From an uncultured Acidimicrobiia bacterium (lineage in GTDB: Bacteria > Acidobacteriota > Terriglobia > Versatilivoradales > Versatilivoraceae), in assembly GCA_963786955.1 (NCBI GenBank), contig CAWBAT010000005.1:352001-416000 (forward strand): a stretch of 64,000 nucleotides of DNA. The letters are read 5' to 3'. A program made the position numbers and the translations under genes. Each line of letters begins with the position of its first letter. Position 1 is the stretch's first letter. This document shows positions 14,405 to 27,164 of this stretch, one piece after another. The notes beneath the pieces are model-generated. The model was not told the origin of the DNA and searched no databases. It saw nothing but the letters and a program-made list of their open reading frames with translations.

Positions 14405-16327
14405 TTATGCAGGCGCCGGTTTTTCCCGCTGCTTATCTACCAAGGATGGCCTAGACGGAGACAATGACTGAACAACTTGCTTTTTCGTATCCTCCGGGGT
14501 CTCGCTTACAGAGGCGGTGACCGAGCTCGGCTTCTCTTCCAGGGGTATGTTGTTGATGATCATGTGAACTTCATTGGCATCCAGAACTTCTTTTTCTAGC
14601 AAGGCTTCAGCAATACGACACAGAGTGTCCCGGTTTTCCTCCAAGATCTTCTTGGCATTCTCATATCCTTCGTTCACGAATCTCCGGATCTCCTGATCAA
14701 TACGAATTGCGGTGTCTTCGCTATAGTCCCGGTGCTGGGCAATTTCTCGCCCGAGAAAAATTTGTTCTTCCCGTTTCCCATAGGTTAAAGGGCCAAGCGA
14801 CGACATCCCAAAATCACATACCATACGACGCGCTAACTCGGTCGCTTGTTCGATGTCATTCCCTGCACCCGTAGTCATATGGCCTAAGAAGAGCTCTTCA
14901 GCCAATCTCCCACCCATCATGATGGCTATCTGACTCTCAAGGAAATCCTTGGTATAAGTATGCTTGTCGTCAGTGGGCAATTGCATGGTCACACCCAATG
15001 CCATCCCTCGAGGAATGATCGTGACTTTATGGAGCGGATCTGCATGCGGGAGGATCGCCGCCACTAAGGCATGTCCCGCCTCGTGGTAGGCCGTATTTCT
15101 TTTTTCCGCATCACTAATGATCAGCGATTTCCGCTCAACACCCATGAGAACCTTGTCTTTTGCTCCTTCAAAATCCACCATGTTGACACTTCTCTGGTTG
15201 TAGCGGGCCGCATTCAAAGCCGCTTCATTGACCAGGTTGGAAAGATCAGCCCCTGAAAAACCAGGAGTGCCACGGGCCAGCACACTGATGTCAACATCCT
15301 CGGCCAATGGGATTTTCTTGGTATGGACGCGCAATATCCCTTCCCGCCCCTTCACATCCGGACGCGGCACAATGACACGACGGTCGAACCGGCCAGGCCT
15401 CAATAGTGCTGGATCCAGCACATCGGGACGGTTTGTCGCAGCAATCAAAATGACTCCTTCATTCGACTCAAATCCATCCATCTCCACCAAAAGCTGGTTC
15501 AAGGTCTGTTCGCGTTCATCGTGCCCGCCCCCTAATCCGGCTCCACGGTGACGGCCGACGGCGTCAATTTCATCGATGAAAATGATGCAGGGGGCATTCT
15601 TTTTCCCCTGTTCGAATAGATCACGAACCCTTGAAGCACCGACTCCCACAAACATCTCCACAAAGTCTGAGCCACTGATGGAAAAAAACGGGACCCCTGC
15701 TTCTCCGGCAATCGCACGAGCCATCAGTGTTTTTCCTGTTCCAGGCGGTCCCACGAGCAGGACACCTTTGGGAATTCTCCCACCCAGCTTCTGAAATTTC
15801 TGAGGTTCCTTTAGAAACTCAATAATCTCTTGCAGCTCTTCCTTGGCTTCCTCGGCACCGGCAACATCCTTGAAAGTGGCCTTCTTCTGTTGAGAGGAAA
15901 GCAGCTTTGCGCGGCTCTTTCCAAAAGAAAGGGCTTTATTCCCGCCGCTTTGCATCTGACGCATGAAAAAGATCCAAAAGCCGATGATTAAAATAAAGGG
16001 GGCCGACGAGATGAGAGCCGTTAGCCAGGGACTCTGGGTCGGTTCCTTGACTTTTATGGCAACCCCTTTTTCTCTGAGAATCTTAATAAAATCAGGGTAG
16101 CTCGGAACCGTCGTCCGAAAGATTGTGTTGTCTTTGAACTGGCCTTTGACTTCACTCCCCATAATTTCGACACTGCGCACATTCCCTTCGTCGATCTTGT
16201 TCATGATTTCGGAAAAGCTCTTCTCTTGATCGGCGCCGGTCTGGGTACGTTGCACTAACTGCCAAAGGAGCACTCCAGCGATCAGCAAGGCGCTCCACAA
16301 TACGATTGTTTTAGCTGTGGAATTCAA
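14405..16327 (-). CDS. ftsH: ATP-dependent zinc metalloprotease FtsH
   Basis: 2 TM, Walker [17 protein letters not shown] zinc motif. Confidence 0.98.
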   Translation of the reverse strand: MNSTAKTIVLWSALLIAGVLLWQLVQRTQTGADQEKSFSEIMNKIDEGNVRSVEIMGSEVKGQFKDNTIFRTTVPSYPDFIKILREKGVAIKVKEPTQSPWLTALISSAPFILIIGFWIFFMRQMQSGGNKALSFGKSRAKLLSSQQKKATFKDVAGAEEAKEELQEIIEFLKEPQKFQKLGGRIPKGVLLVGPPGTGKTLMARAIAGEAGVPFFSISGSDFVEMFVGVGASRVRDLFEQGKKNAPCIIFIDEIDAVGRHRGAGLGGGHDEREQTLNQLLVEMDGFESNEGVILIAATNRPDVLDPALLRPGRFDRRVIVPRPDVKGREGILRVHTKKIPLAEDVDISVLARGTPGFSGADLSNLVNEAALNAARYNQRSVNMVDFEGAKDKVLMGVERKSLIISDAEKRNTAYHEAGHALVAAILPHADPLHKVTIIPRGMALGVTMQLPTDDKHTYTKDFLESQIAIMMGGRLAEELFLGHMTTGAGNDIEQATELARRMVCDFGMSSLGPLTYGKREEQIFLGREIAQHRDYSEDTAIRIDQEIRRFVNEGYENAKKILEENRDTLCRIAEALLEKEVLDANEVHMIINNIPLEEKPSSVTASVSETPEDTKKQVVQSLSPSRPSLVDKQREKPAPA

Positions 16328-16563
16328 AAAAATCCTCCCCTAAGAAAGTCCGTTTTCACTTATGGGTTTCATCAAGCACAAAGGAAACAACCTTCCATCC
16401 ATACCATAACACTTCCGAGTTTATTTTTCGAGTCAAATCTATCGAAACAAAAGGAAAAGTCCCAATTGCGGCGGGAACCCCCTTCCTTCTGGCAAGCGGA
16501 GAAAGCGTCAGTCACCGACTTCGAGATAAAGAAAGGCTTGCGCAAATTAAGACTAGTCATTGG

Positions 16564-17970
16564 CTAAATCTCTTTACGGAATTCCTCGACGATCACTGGA
16601 TGGTAAAGTCTGGATTTTCGCCGTTCGAGCATTTCCACGGAGATTGGAAAGTCCTTTGCAAAAAGTATCTTCTTAGCTAAGGTAATTATCGGCCATGAGG
16701 ATCGCAGATCCCTCGAGATTTTTTTTTGCGCAAAAAGCTCTTTAAGCTTCTTTGGGGAAGAAGTTCCGAGGGGGAGATAGCGGTCTCCCGGTCTCCAATT
16801 TCGGATTTGTAGGCCCGCTTGAATTTCTTCTTCTGACAGGTATAACTCCCATTGATTCATTACCTTCTCTGACGGAACAAGCGGAGGAAATGAGGCACGG
16901 TAGATCGAACGAATAGGGGTAAGCTCAATTTCTCCTGGAATTGGCAGAAAATGATTGAATTGGGAAGCAGGGGGATGGAGGTTCTGAGGCTCGAAGATTA
17001 GATTCCCGAATTCCCTGCAGATGCGCATGCCTTTTAGATACAAAACCTTTCCACTTTTCCCTTCCTCCAATAGTGAGCTAAGAGAACCATAATCTTGAAA
17101 GTCCGGCATTTTAGATTTCCCCTCCCCTGCCCGGTCCCCTAGCAAAAGGAGACGTAACACACCCTTCTGCAACCCCTTGGGGAGTTGTTTCAAATTTTCA
17201 ACCTCCAGCAACGACTTTTCCCCTTGACGTGTCACCAAGCGGGAGAAGGTTTCGCGCGACCAATTATCCAAAGCACTCTGGTCTTCACGCAAGATCTCTG
17301 CAGTCCGACCGAGTTGTTCGACGATCTTTGGGTTATATCGCGACAGAGATGGAATGAGCTCCTGTCTCACTTTGTTTCGGAAGAATCGCAGATCTTGATT
17401 GGACGAGTCTTCTCTCCATCCCCTGTTGTTTTCGCGAAGGAAATTCAAGATTTCCTCCCTGCGAATGAAGAGCAGCGGACGAATAACCCCATCTGGGCGA
17501 GCTGGGGAAATTGAAGAGAGGCCCAAGCTCCCACTACCCCGGATGAGGCGCATCAAAACGGTTTCGGCCTGATCGTTCATGGTGTGCCCGACGGCAATTT
17601 TCTCGGCCGAGTGGATCGCCGCACATCGTCGCAGAAACTCGTAGCGTTTCTGACGAATCCCGGCCTCAAGGTTTTCATGACGGAGGCGCTGAAGGTCATC
17701 TGGCGAAATTTCATCGACGCAGTAAGTTAATTCGCAGTCTTGGGCCAGTTGTCTGACAAATTGTTCATCCGCATCGGAGGCCTCTCCGCGCAACCGGTGG
17801 TTAAAGTGGGCAACAACTAGCGCCAACCGATAGTCCTTTTGAATCGATCTCAGTAATTGGAGCAGGGCAACAGAATCGGGCCCACCTGAAACTGCCACAA
17901 TGACGCAATCTCCTTTTTTAAGCATTTGAAAGGAGCGGATCGCCTTCAAAAATTGCTCAAGAATTTTCAT
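16564..17970 (-). CDS. tilS: tRNA(Ile)-lysidine synthetase
   Basis: AVSGGPDS PP-loop, HFNHRLR, GHTMNDQAET, RNKVR. Confidence 0.95.
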   Translation of the reverse strand: MKILEQFLKAIRSFQMLKKGDCVIVAVSGGPDSVALLQLLRSIQKDYRLALVVAHFNHRLRGEASDADEQFVRQLAQDCELTYCVDEISPDDLQRLRHENLEAGIRQKRYEFLRRCAAIHSAEKIAVGHTMNDQAETVLMRLIRGSGSLGLSSISPARPDGVIRPLLFIRREEILNFLRENNRGWREDSSNQDLRFFRNKVRQELIPSLSRYNPKIVEQLGRTAEILREDQSALDNWSRETFSRLVTRQGEKSLLEVENLKQLPKGLQKGVLRLLLLGDRAGEGKSKMPDFQDYGSLSSLLEEGKSGKVLYLKGMRICREFGNLIFEPQNLHPPASQFNHFLPIPGEIELTPIRSIYRASFPPLVPSEKVMNQWELYLSEEEIQAGLQIRNWRPGDRYLPLGTSSPKKLKELFAQKKISRDLRSSWPIITLAKKILFAKDFPISVEMLERRKSRLYHPVIVEEFRKEI

Positions 17971-18180
17971 TGACGGGCTGTCCGGCTGGGGACGGGGCTA
18001 TTTAGGGAACAGACCTTAACTTCTGTTCCTCTGGCTCATATTATTCTCAAGGTCGCGCTGTTTCCCTCGCCAGGCTTCTTGGATGCTAAACAAACGCTTC
18101 TGATTAGTAAAGCCCTCGGAGAATTGGAGTGAGTTACCATTTTGCTAAACTGAGGGTTAAATATTGATTTCATCACTACA

Positions 18181-18299
18181 GTGACGTTAACTCCGGGGCG
18201 GTGATAAAGCGTTGAGAACGCTTTATGCCTACAACCATGTAGGCCGGGGGCTTTCTTAAAGCCTCAACCCCACATGACGCCAATCTTAAGATACGTCAC
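18181..18299. repeat. Modular REP-doublet/MITE-like element, copy B (inverted relative to C)
   Basis: GTGACGT...ACGTCAC termini; central CCTACA/TGTAGG; homologous to 55425-55523. Confidence 0.75.
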
Positions 18300-18398
18300 C
18301 GCAATTACAAACAGCAGTACTAATCTACTTGGGAAGGTGGACCGAAAAAGCAATTGAGTAATCCTTATCAGTACATTAAACTTCCTGGCGGTGCCGTT

Positions 18399-19103
18399 AT
18401 GAATTGCTTTTTGAAAATGAGTTCACCGGTACGAGTACTGATTTCTCTCTTTTTGCCTCTTGGCCTCTACGTGCTGGGCAGCACTCCTGCTTGGAGTGCT
18501 CCCATAGTCTTCTTAAAGGATGGGACCAAGATTGAAGCGGCTGCGAAGCCTGTGTGTATGGAAGGGCAGTATCGGTTTGCTGATTTGCAAGGTCAGTTTC
18601 ATATTATTCCCGTGACACAGATCGACCTATCAGCAACCGAACAAGCCAATAAGGGAACTTCTAATTCAAATTCCAAGAAGGTCGAGCGTAAACTAACGAA
18701 TGAGGATATCGCTGAAACTCCATTGGATTCTCACTCAGTCCAAAACAACGGGCAAGTTTCTTCCAACTCTTTCAAGCCAACGGCGGTTCCCAAAGAGAAG
18801 GAACATGGGCTCCCGAAGGCTCTTGATCTAAGGGCGGAGGTCTATTGGCGCAAACGGGCTGGCGAAATCCGGACGAAAATGGAACAGATTGACAAGGCCA
18901 TAGCAGATCTCAACGAAAAAATGAAAAGCGGAAAGTCAGACGGCATTAAGATCGGTTTTAATCCTTACACTCCGGTAATTCTTGCGGATTTTGGCGACCA
19001 AATGAAGCCTCTCCAACATGAAAAGGATAAACTTCAGCAGCAAATGAGCGCCCTGGAGGAAGAAGCACGCAAAGCAGGAGCTCAGCCTGGATGGCTGCGT
19101 TAA
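18399..19103 (+). CDS. Exported hypothetical protein with C-terminal coiled coil
   Basis: signal peptide (AWSA-P), KLTNEDI and EVYWRKR segments, ends EEARKAGAQPGWLR; start uncertain. Confidence 0.7.
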   Translation: MNCFLKMSSPVRVLISLFLPLGLYVLGSTPAWSAPIVFLKDGTKIEAAAKPVCMEGQYRFADLQGQFHIIPVTQIDLSATEQANKGTSNSNSKKVERKLTNEDIAETPLDSHSVQNNGQVSSNSFKPTAVPKEKEHGLPKALDLRAEVYWRKRAGEIRTKMEQIDKAIADLNEKMKSGKSDGIKIGFNPYTPVILADFGDQMKPLQHEKDKLQQQMSALEEEARKAGAQPGWLR

Positions 19104-19225
19104 ACGGTATCCAGTCCTTTGAGTTCCCCAATAAAATGGCAGCCCATCTGCAAGGTCTTCAACTTTAAATACGAAACTTAGGACTCAAAGAATTTCAACC
19201 CGCTCACTTTGAATTTTTATACCTT

Positions 19226-20665
19226 ATGGCTTTCGAACCTGTCATTGGATTGGAAGTGCATGCGCAACTCCTCACCAAAACGAAGATTTTTTGTTCGTGC
19301 TCAACGGAGTTTGGCGCGCCGCCCAACACCAACACTTGCCCGGTTTGTCTGGGCTATCCCGGCGCCCTGCCCGTATTGAATAGAGCCGCTATCGTCATGG
19401 CGGTGAAGGCCGCATTGGCTCTTGGATGTAAAATCAATACGGTTTCCATTTTTGCGCGCAAGAACTATTTCTATCCCGATCTCCCCAAGGGTTATCAGAT
19501 TTCCCAATTTGATCGGCCGTTGGCAGAGAATGGGCAGATTCTGATCCATGGGAATGGAACCCCCCTGAGAGTTGGAATCAAACGAGTTCATATGGAAGAG
19601 GATGCCGGCAAATCCATCCATGACGGATTTGCCGATTCTGACCGCCACAGCTACATCGATCTCAACCGAAGCGGGACTCCTTTGATTGAAATCGTTAGTG
19701 ATCCGGATATTCATTCCCCGGCCCAAGCCTATGAGTATTTGAGCCGCCTAAAGATCATCCTGGAATATTTAGGAGTCTGTGATGGCAATATGGAAGAAGG
19801 GAGTTTGCGCTGTGATGCTAATATATCCGTGCGGCCAGTGGGAGAAAAGAAGCTGGGCACAAAGGCCGAACTTAAGAATTTGAATAGCTTTCGTTTCTTG
19901 CAGAAGGCACTGGAATTTGAGATCGAGCGCCAAATTCAGACCTTAGAAGAAGGCGGGAAAATCGTGCAGGAAACCCGGCTTTGGAATACGGCCGATCAGC
20001 GGACCGTGTCCATGCGGAGCAAAGAAGAAGCTCACGACTATCGCTATTTCCCGGAGCCCGATCTTCCACCTCTCATTGTCAGCGAAGCCTGGCAAAAGGA
20101 AATTCAAGCAGCTATGCCAGAACTCCCGGAAGCCAAGAAGAATCGCTTTGTAAGTCAGTATGGAATCCCGGAGTATGACGCGAGCGTGTTGATTGCAACT
20201 CAAACCCTGGCCAATTTTTTCGAAGAAACCGTCACTCTCTGCCAAAGCCCAAAAGCGGCTTCGAACTGGATCATGGGAGATCTACTCAGAGACCTCAAAG
20301 AGTTTAACTTAGGAATTGAGGCCTCTCCTGTCCAGCCCGAGGCCATGGCTCACTTGATTCAACTTGTCGAAAGCGGTGAAATCTCTGGGAAGATGGCCAA
20401 AGATGTCTTCGAAGCCATGTTCCGTGAAAGGAAAACTCCGCAACAAGTCATCGCGGAGAAAGGGTTGAAGCAAATTACGGATAAGGGAGAAATCGAAAAC
20501 ATCATCCGGGAAGTGATTGCCTCAAACCAAAAGACGTATGAGCAATACCGAAGCGGGAAAACAACGACTTTTGGTTTTTTTGTCGGCCAGGTCATGAAAG
20601 CAACGAAGGGGCAGGCTAATCCACAGCTTGTTAATGAACTGCTTAAGGCGATCCTGGATTCGTAG
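19226..20665 (+). CDS. gatB: Asp/Glu-tRNA(Asn/Gln) amidotransferase subunit B
   Basis: [44 protein letters not shown]. Confidence 0.98.
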   Translation: MAFEPVIGLEVHAQLLTKTKIFCSCSTEFGAPPNTNTCPVCLGYPGALPVLNRAAIVMAVKAALALGCKINTVSIFARKNYFYPDLPKGYQISQFDRPLAENGQILIHGNGTPLRVGIKRVHMEEDAGKSIHDGFADSDRHSYIDLNRSGTPLIEIVSDPDIHSPAQAYEYLSRLKIILEYLGVCDGNMEEGSLRCDANISVRPVGEKKLGTKAELKNLNSFRFLQKALEFEIERQIQTLEEGGKIVQETRLWNTADQRTVSMRSKEEAHDYRYFPEPDLPPLIVSEAWQKEIQAAMPELPEAKKNRFVSQYGIPEYDASVLIATQTLANFFEETVTLCQSPKAASNWIMGDLLRDLKEFNLGIEASPVQPEAMAHLIQLVESGEISGKMAKDVFEAMFRERKTPQQVIAEKGLKQITDKGEIENIIREVIASNQKTYEQYRSGKTTTFGFFVGQVMKATKGQANPQLVNELLKAILDS

Positions 20666-20849
20666 ATCGGTCAGTCGAACAATCGCGACACCGCTCGTCA
20701 CCGTATCCAGAGTTTTCAGTTCCAACATCCACCCAGACGCAGTGAAATCATGGTTTGAAAGTGTTTATGGGGTTCCTCTCAGTGCTGAGATAAGAGGCAA
20801 CTAAAGGGGACCCGACGCCCCATCCACTTTTCCAGATAAAAGTTCCCGC

Positions 20850-21949
20850 ATGTTGAAACATTCACCTCTATACGAATGCCAAAGAGATTCTGGCGCACGC
20901 TTCACCAGCCTTTTTGGGTGGGAGATTGCCGAGACCTTTAGTTCGCTGAATGCGGAATATGAAGCACTTCGACACGCCGTCGGTTTGCTGGATTGCTCTC
21001 AATCCGGTGTCATTGAAGTTAGAGGTGATGACCGAACCCGATTTCTGCACGGCATGCTCACCAACGATATCAAACAATTACGGCCTGGGAATGGGTGCTA
21101 TGCTGGCTTTCTGACCCCTCAGGGACGCCTCGTCGGCGATATGCGGGTTTATTGTCTTGAAGAGTCCCTGTTGATCACGGTCGAACCAAGCTTGAGGAGT
21201 AAAGTGCCTCTTGCTCTCGGCAAATACATTATTGGAGGTCGCCCTGAATTGATTGATCGGTCGGAGAACCTTTCGATTCTTGCTCTCCAAGGAAGACAAC
21301 CTTTTCGCCTGTTGGAGAAGCTTTCCCCGGCATTCAACCCTTCGCCCAACCGTTTGATCACCAGGAACGCGAGGTTCTAGGAATCACGATTCGGATCTGC
21401 CATGTGAGCCGCGTACTCGATGACAGATACGACTTGATTGTTCCGATGAATCGGTTGATCGATCTATGGAAAAAGCTGTTGGAGATGGAAAGGGGAGTAG
21501 GCCTTGCTCCAGTAGGATTCAATGCACTGAACATCCGACGGGTGGAGGCAGGCATTCCTTGGTATGAATTCGATATGGATGAGAAAACACTTCCGCTCGA
21601 GGCGGGATTGGAGAAGAACGCAATCAGTCTGACCAAGGGATGTTATATTGGGCAGGAATCTGTGGCGCGTATTACCTACCGGGGGCAGGTCCAAAGGAAG
21701 CTGGCGGGACTGATTATCGCTGGAGACATTCTTGCCACAAAAGGGGACAGAGTATTCAAAGAAGAACAGGAAATGGGGTGGGTTACGTCGAATGTGTTTT
21801 CGATCGCGCTCAATCGTCCGATCGCACTGGGGTATCTCCGCCAAGACGCATTTGAGGTGGGAACGGTTCTTCGGATTGAGCATTCGGGCGCGACTTTGGG
21901 AGCCACAGTCTCTAGCCTACCCTTCTTCTCGGAAGAAACGATCTTATGA
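20850..21949 (+). CDS. YgfZ/GcvT family folate-binding aminomethyltransferase-like protein (frameshift near 21350)
   Basis: GcvT-like N-terminus (G.DR..FLHGMLTND) and YgfZ motif KGCYIGQE. Confidence 0.88.
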
Positions 21950-22055
21950 GCGTCAGGACTTAGTCTATCATTATGCCCAAGACTGGTCAGAGCGGAGTAA
22001 ATCGAACACCCGTCACGGCAGATTGCGAAGGTCACTCAATGAAGGAGTCAAACAA

Positions 22056-22469
22056 ATGGGCATTCTCAATAAACTTTTTGGGCGGAAACAGGCAGAGATT
22101 TCGCCGGCCCCTGAATACATTCCTCCCACTCACTTCCGAAAAGAAGAACTCATGCTGGACGCGTTCCAGGATATTTCCCCCAGTGATGCTGTATCCAAAG
22201 TAGATCGCGGGGATCTCCAGATCCTTGATGTGAGGTTTGAGTATGAATTCCGGAATCATCGGATTCCCTCTGCTATATTGATACCGCTTCCACAATTGGC
22301 AACCCGGTATCAGGAATTGGATCCTGACAAACAGACCCTTGTAGTTTGCGAGCACGGGATGAGGAGTCTGCAGGCCTGCAGCTTCCTTGGCTCCAAGGGT
22401 TTCAAAACATTTACAACATGGTTGGCGGAATGGCCGTGTATCCGGGCCGTCAAGAGGGAGAAGCCGTGA
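22056..22469 (+). CDS. Rhodanese-like domain protein
   Basis: AAGGAG RBS; LDVR..EF...RIPSA and active-site loop CEHGMRS; C-terminus frameshifted. Confidence 0.85.
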   Translation: MGILNKLFGRKQAEISPAPEYIPPTHFRKEELMLDAFQDISPSDAVSKVDRGDLQILDVRFEYEFRNHRIPSAILIPLPQLATRYQELDPDKQTLVVCEHGMRSLQACSFLGSKGFKTFTTWLAEWPCIRAVKREKP

Positions 22470-22637
22470 GGTAGGATTGCCGATTTTCGATTGCCCCGGG
22501 CCGATTACCTGCGGCAAAAATAGGCATCGTTCTCCAGAGCGATTTTAGGCATTGAATTTGGTATTTACTCAATCGTGTGCTTTTTACTTATGGCGACCCA
22601 TTCGGCAATCAAAAATTGGGATTTATTTTATCAGACT

Positions 22638-23075
22638 ATGAACCTTTACAAGTTTTCAATTGACCTCGAAGTTCGATTTCGCGATCTTGACGCCTTAGGT
22701 CATGTGAATAATGCCGTTTACTTGACGTATTTCGAAGTAGCGCGCATGCATTATTGGAAGAAAGTGTTCGGCGAAAATCCTTATCTCAATATCCTTTTTC
22801 TGGTTGTACGTTCAGAGTGCGATTACCGATCCCAAGCTCAACTAGGAGACATCCTGAGGGTTGCCGTGCGAATTCCGGAAATACGGAATTCGAGTTTTGT
22901 TCTCGATTATCTGGTAACCGAGATTGTAACAGGACGTCTTGTCGCCGAAGGAAAGACGGTACAGGCCTTCTATGACCACAAGGCCAAAAAGTCAAAGCCG
23001 ATCCCGGAAGAGATTAGGAAAAGGATAGAGGAATTCGAGGGATCTGCTATGAGAGAGGCTCGCAAACCAGAATAG
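22638..23075 (+). CDS. Acyl-CoA thioesterase (4HBT/YbgC hot-dog family)
   Basis: VRFRDLDALGHVNNAVYLTYFEVAR. Confidence 0.92.
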   Translation: MNLYKFSIDLEVRFRDLDALGHVNNAVYLTYFEVARMHYWKKVFGENPYLNILFLVVRSECDYRSQAQLGDILRVAVRIPEIRNSSFVLDYLVTEIVTGRLVAEGKTVQAFYDHKAKKSKPIPEEIRKRIEEFEGSAMREARKPE

Positions 23076-23173
23076 ACAAATTAGGCGATTCTCCCTGGCT
23101 TGCAAGGCTATCCAAGTACTAAGAACCTTTCCCTTCCTCAAATCCTACCTCTCGATACCGGAAAGGAGTCGCA

Positions 23174-25750
23174 ATGAAAAGGTGCTTTTTCCCCATCTTG
23201 CTCTGCTCTCTAATCATGGGATCTGAAGTTCATGCCCAAACGCCGGCTCAATCTGCCGAAAAAGAATACACCTCTCACGTTGTGGGCTATGCCCATATTG
23301 ACATGGCTTGGCTATGGCGATGGGAGGAGTCTATTTTCGACATCATGTACAACACCTTTCGCAATCAGCTTGAGCTGATGGACACACATCCAGAATTTAC
23401 CTTTGCTCAAGATCAAGCCATTGTCTACGACATGATGGAACGTTATTACCCGGATATATTCAAGAGCATCCAACATCGAGTGAAGACGCGCAATTGGATT
23501 CCGGTAAGCTCCACCTGGACTCAGATGGAAGAGAATATGCCCGACGGCGAGTCCCTGGTGCGCCAATTCCTCTACGGCCAAAAATACACTAAGGAGAAAT
23601 TTGGCCATTATGTGCGGGTCGCATGGCAACCGGATGTCTTTGGTCATCCCTATTCCATGCCCCAAATTGCTAAAAAGGCAGGAATCGATTTCTATCTGTT
23701 CGGCAGACCCCATAATGAGAAGCGCCCGCCTATTTTCTGGTGGAAAGGCCTTGATGGAACCCAGGTTCTGGGTTACAACCCACCGGGTTGGTACACTCAA
23801 CCTGTAAATCATGAACAATTCACTGTCGCGATGATGAAGGATGCCCAGAAAGTAGGCGTCAAAGACATGCTCGTTCTGTTTGGCCAAGGAGATCACGGAG
23901 GTGGTCCAAACCCTACCGATCTTGCCAACATTGCAAAACTCCAAGCACTCCCCTCAGGATGCGCGGATCAAAGCCAGCCGCGTTATTGACTATTTCGATC
24001 TTCTGATGGCGGTGAAGAAGGATTTCCCTAGTTTGGGATGGTGAGCACAATCCGGTATTTGACGGCTGCTATTCAACTCAAGTTGAGATGAAGCAAAACA
24101 ATCGACGGGCAGAGCAGCTTTTATTTGCCGCGGAGAAGATGTCGGTGATCGCGGTAGCCGGGCGTTACCGGGACTACTACCCAAGTCGAGACATTTCGGA
24201 AGCCTGGAAACTAACGTTACTCAACCAGACCCATGATTTATTGCCGGGGTCTGGCATCGGTCCCATATACAAGGATGCTGAGAAACAATATCAAGAGGTT
24301 TTGGAAAGAGGTCATCGAGCCTTGCACTATTCATTGGAAAGCATCGGGCTTCAACTCGATACCCGTGGAGTCGGAATTCCTGTTGTGGTCTATAACCCAC
24401 AATCTTGGGAGCGTACAGACTTGGTGACGGTTGAGGTTTCTGCCGCTACATTGCCGGCCCACCTGGTCGCGACTCATGGGTCAGAGAATTTGCCCGTTCA
24501 GATTCTCAAGCCTGCCAAGTCTGATGGTGATCGGGAGCGGGCAACACTCCTCTTTGTCGCTGAAAAAGTTCCACAACTGGGATTAAAACTCTATCGTATT
24601 GTCCCTGAAGCCGGACCTCGCTCGACCTCTTCAACCTCGCTGAAAGTCGGCATCAAACCGCGACCCTATCTTGAAAATGAGCACTTGAAGGTCGAATTTA
24701 ATCCGACTACAGGAAACATCGTACGTCTCTTCGACAAGAAGAATAACCGCGAAGCCTTGCGTGCTGAAGGGCATTCGCTGCTGGCACTCGAGGATACCGC
24801 CGAGCAAGCGAGGAAGTCGGCAGTCGAATACGCCGGTCCAGCCTGGGATCTCGGACTCACGGGAACACAATGGAATGTCGACAAGGCCACTCGGGTGGAG
24901 GTTCTCGAGTCCGGTCCGGCGCGGGTAACTGTTCGTGTTGTTCGTTCATTCCGCGACTCAAAGTTTACCCAGGATTTTTCTCTCATCGCTGGCGTTCCGC
25001 GAGTTGACGTTGAGATGGGATTGAGTTGGTACGAGCGAAGCACATTGCTCAAAGCCGTGTTCCCGGTGGCTGTTTCAGCCAGCAGGGTTGCTGCAGAGAT
25101 TCCTTACGGCGTGATCGAGCGAGAACAAAACGGCAAGGAAATGGTAATGGGGAAGTGGGTCGATCTTTCTGACTCCGAATTATGGTGTCGCCATCATCAA
25201 TAACAGTCGCCACGGCTTTGATGCCAAAGAGAACACCATCCGCATTACGGCAATCCGCGGTCCGTGGGGCCCGGATCCCCGCGCCGATGAGGGGTTACAC
25301 AAGTTCGGCTACTCGATTTATCCTCACAAGGGAGGCTGGCGGGAGGGGAAAGTAGAATTTCAGGCCCTGGCTTTCAACTCGCCACTCTTGGCTCTTCAGG
25401 AACCCATTCACCACAGCCCCATGGAGATTTGGGCTACCAAAAAGGGAGGGTTGCCGGAAGTACACTCCTTTATCAAGATGGACAGCGACCACGTCGTATT
25501 GTCAGCTTTGAAACAAATGGAAGGCTTTTATGACACTGACCCCATCGCTCGATTCTTCGAATGTGAGGGTCGCGAGGGAGATGTTACCGTGCAGCTGCCT
25601 CTCAAAGTGCGAGCCGTGGAAACGAATCTTCTCGAGGATACGATAGGGGTTATTGGCGAGGGGGAGACGATTAAATTCCATATGAAGCCATGGGAGATCA
25701 AGTCGTTGCGATTCTCGCCTGTGCAGGACGGCCCAACACCTTCTCCATAG
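23174..25750 (+). CDS. Secreted GH38 alpha-mannosidase (split by indels)
   Basis: signal peptide; AHIDMAWLWRW, WQPDVFGH, GQGDHGGGP, NQTHDLLPGS, AEIPYG, FHMKPWEIKS. Confidence 0.9.
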
Positions 25751-25961
25751 GAGACGGTAACATGGTCGCCAGGATGAAGCATAGCGACTTTATTGGCAGG
25801 TCCGCGACCAGACATGTAGATGGAAAGCGCCATCCCAGACAAGTTCATTTGATAAATCGGGCAGAGAGGCTGCGCGAATATTTTCCTGCCCGCCAATGAC
25901 CTTCTCTTGCAGGGCCAGACGTCCAAAGGTGCAGCCTCGTACCGCCGTGTTATTGATCTTC

Positions 25962-27007
25962 TCAAGTCGTTTGGGCAAGCTTCCGCAGACTCTCGACAAA
26001 GGGAGGTCGAGCAATGCCGAACTCGGTAATAATGGCCGTGACATACCGATTTGGAGTGACATCAAAAGCAGGATTGGCGACTTCGATACCTTCCGGCGCA
26101 ATCGGGGTCGAGCCAATGTGGGTGATTTCACGGCTGGGACGTTCTTCGATGGGGATTTGTTCTCCTGAGGACAGTGAAAGGTCTAGAGTCGAGACCGGTG
26201 CAGCCACGTAGAAAGGGATCGCATTTTCTTTGGCCAAAACCGCCACCGAATAGGTGCCGATCTTATTGGCAACGTCGCCATTCCCTGCAATACGGTCGGC
26301 TCCTACGATCACATAATCAATGTTCCCATTTTTCATAAAGTGTCCGGCCATGTTATCCGTAATTAAGGTCACCGGAATGTGGTCTTTCTGAAGCTCCCAG
26401 GCAGTCAACCGGGCGCCTTGCAAAAAAGGGCGGGTCTCATCGGTGTAGACATGAATATGTTTTCCCTGCTCTACGGCAGCCCGGATCACTCCCAGCGCCG
26501 TGCCAAACCCAGCAGTGGCGAGGGCCCCGCATTACAGTGGGTAAGCACGCGGCTATCTGTTTTGAGCAAGGTGGCCCCATATAATCCCATTCTTCGATTC
26601 AAGGCGATGTCTTCCCGATGCATGCGAACCGCCTCGTCTCGCAAGAGAATCTTAAGCCCGGCCACGGTCGCCATCCTGAAGATGGCGCTTTGCAAACCCC
26701 CTTCATCCGATCGATCGCCCAGAATAGATTAACAGCCGTCGGACGGGTTTCAGACAAGGCCGTACAAATGGAATCAAATTCTTTTTCAAAACCTTCAGGG
26801 TCATTAGATGTGAATACTCTGAGCACCCAACGCTATCCCCATGGCAGCAGCCACTCCGATGGCCGGAGCACCGCGCACAACCATGTCTTTGATGGCTTGC
26901 GCCACTTCCTGGTAGCTCTTAAAAATTGGATACACCTCTTCTCCAGGTAATTTGCGCTGGTCAATCATCACCACGCCTTCATCCGTCCATTCCAATGTCT
27001 TGAACAT
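25962..27007 (-). CDS. mtnA: S-methyl-5-thioribose-1-phosphate isomerase (split by indels)
   Basis: [55 protein letters not shown]. Confidence 0.93.
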
Positions 27008-27164
27008 GCAACTTGACTCCCTCTTTCAGGTTTAACTCAAACCCCTGAAAACCGAAGAAGGATAGCATAGCAACATCGGGGAATTCTCTTCTCAATTTAG
27101 GAAGAACCCCTATAATGACTTGCGACTTTTGGCCTGCTGTAAAGAGTCGCAGGAGAGAGGCCAA

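Noticed and set aside
16328-16563. hpt remnant between tilS and ftsH
   Set aside because: No phosphoribosyltransferase motif seen; looks like ordinary promoter DNA
21946-22055. Small recoded (Sec/Pyl) ORF between ygfZ-like and rhodanese genes
   Set aside because: ATG AGC GTC AGG ACT TAG shows no recognisable family or recoding element
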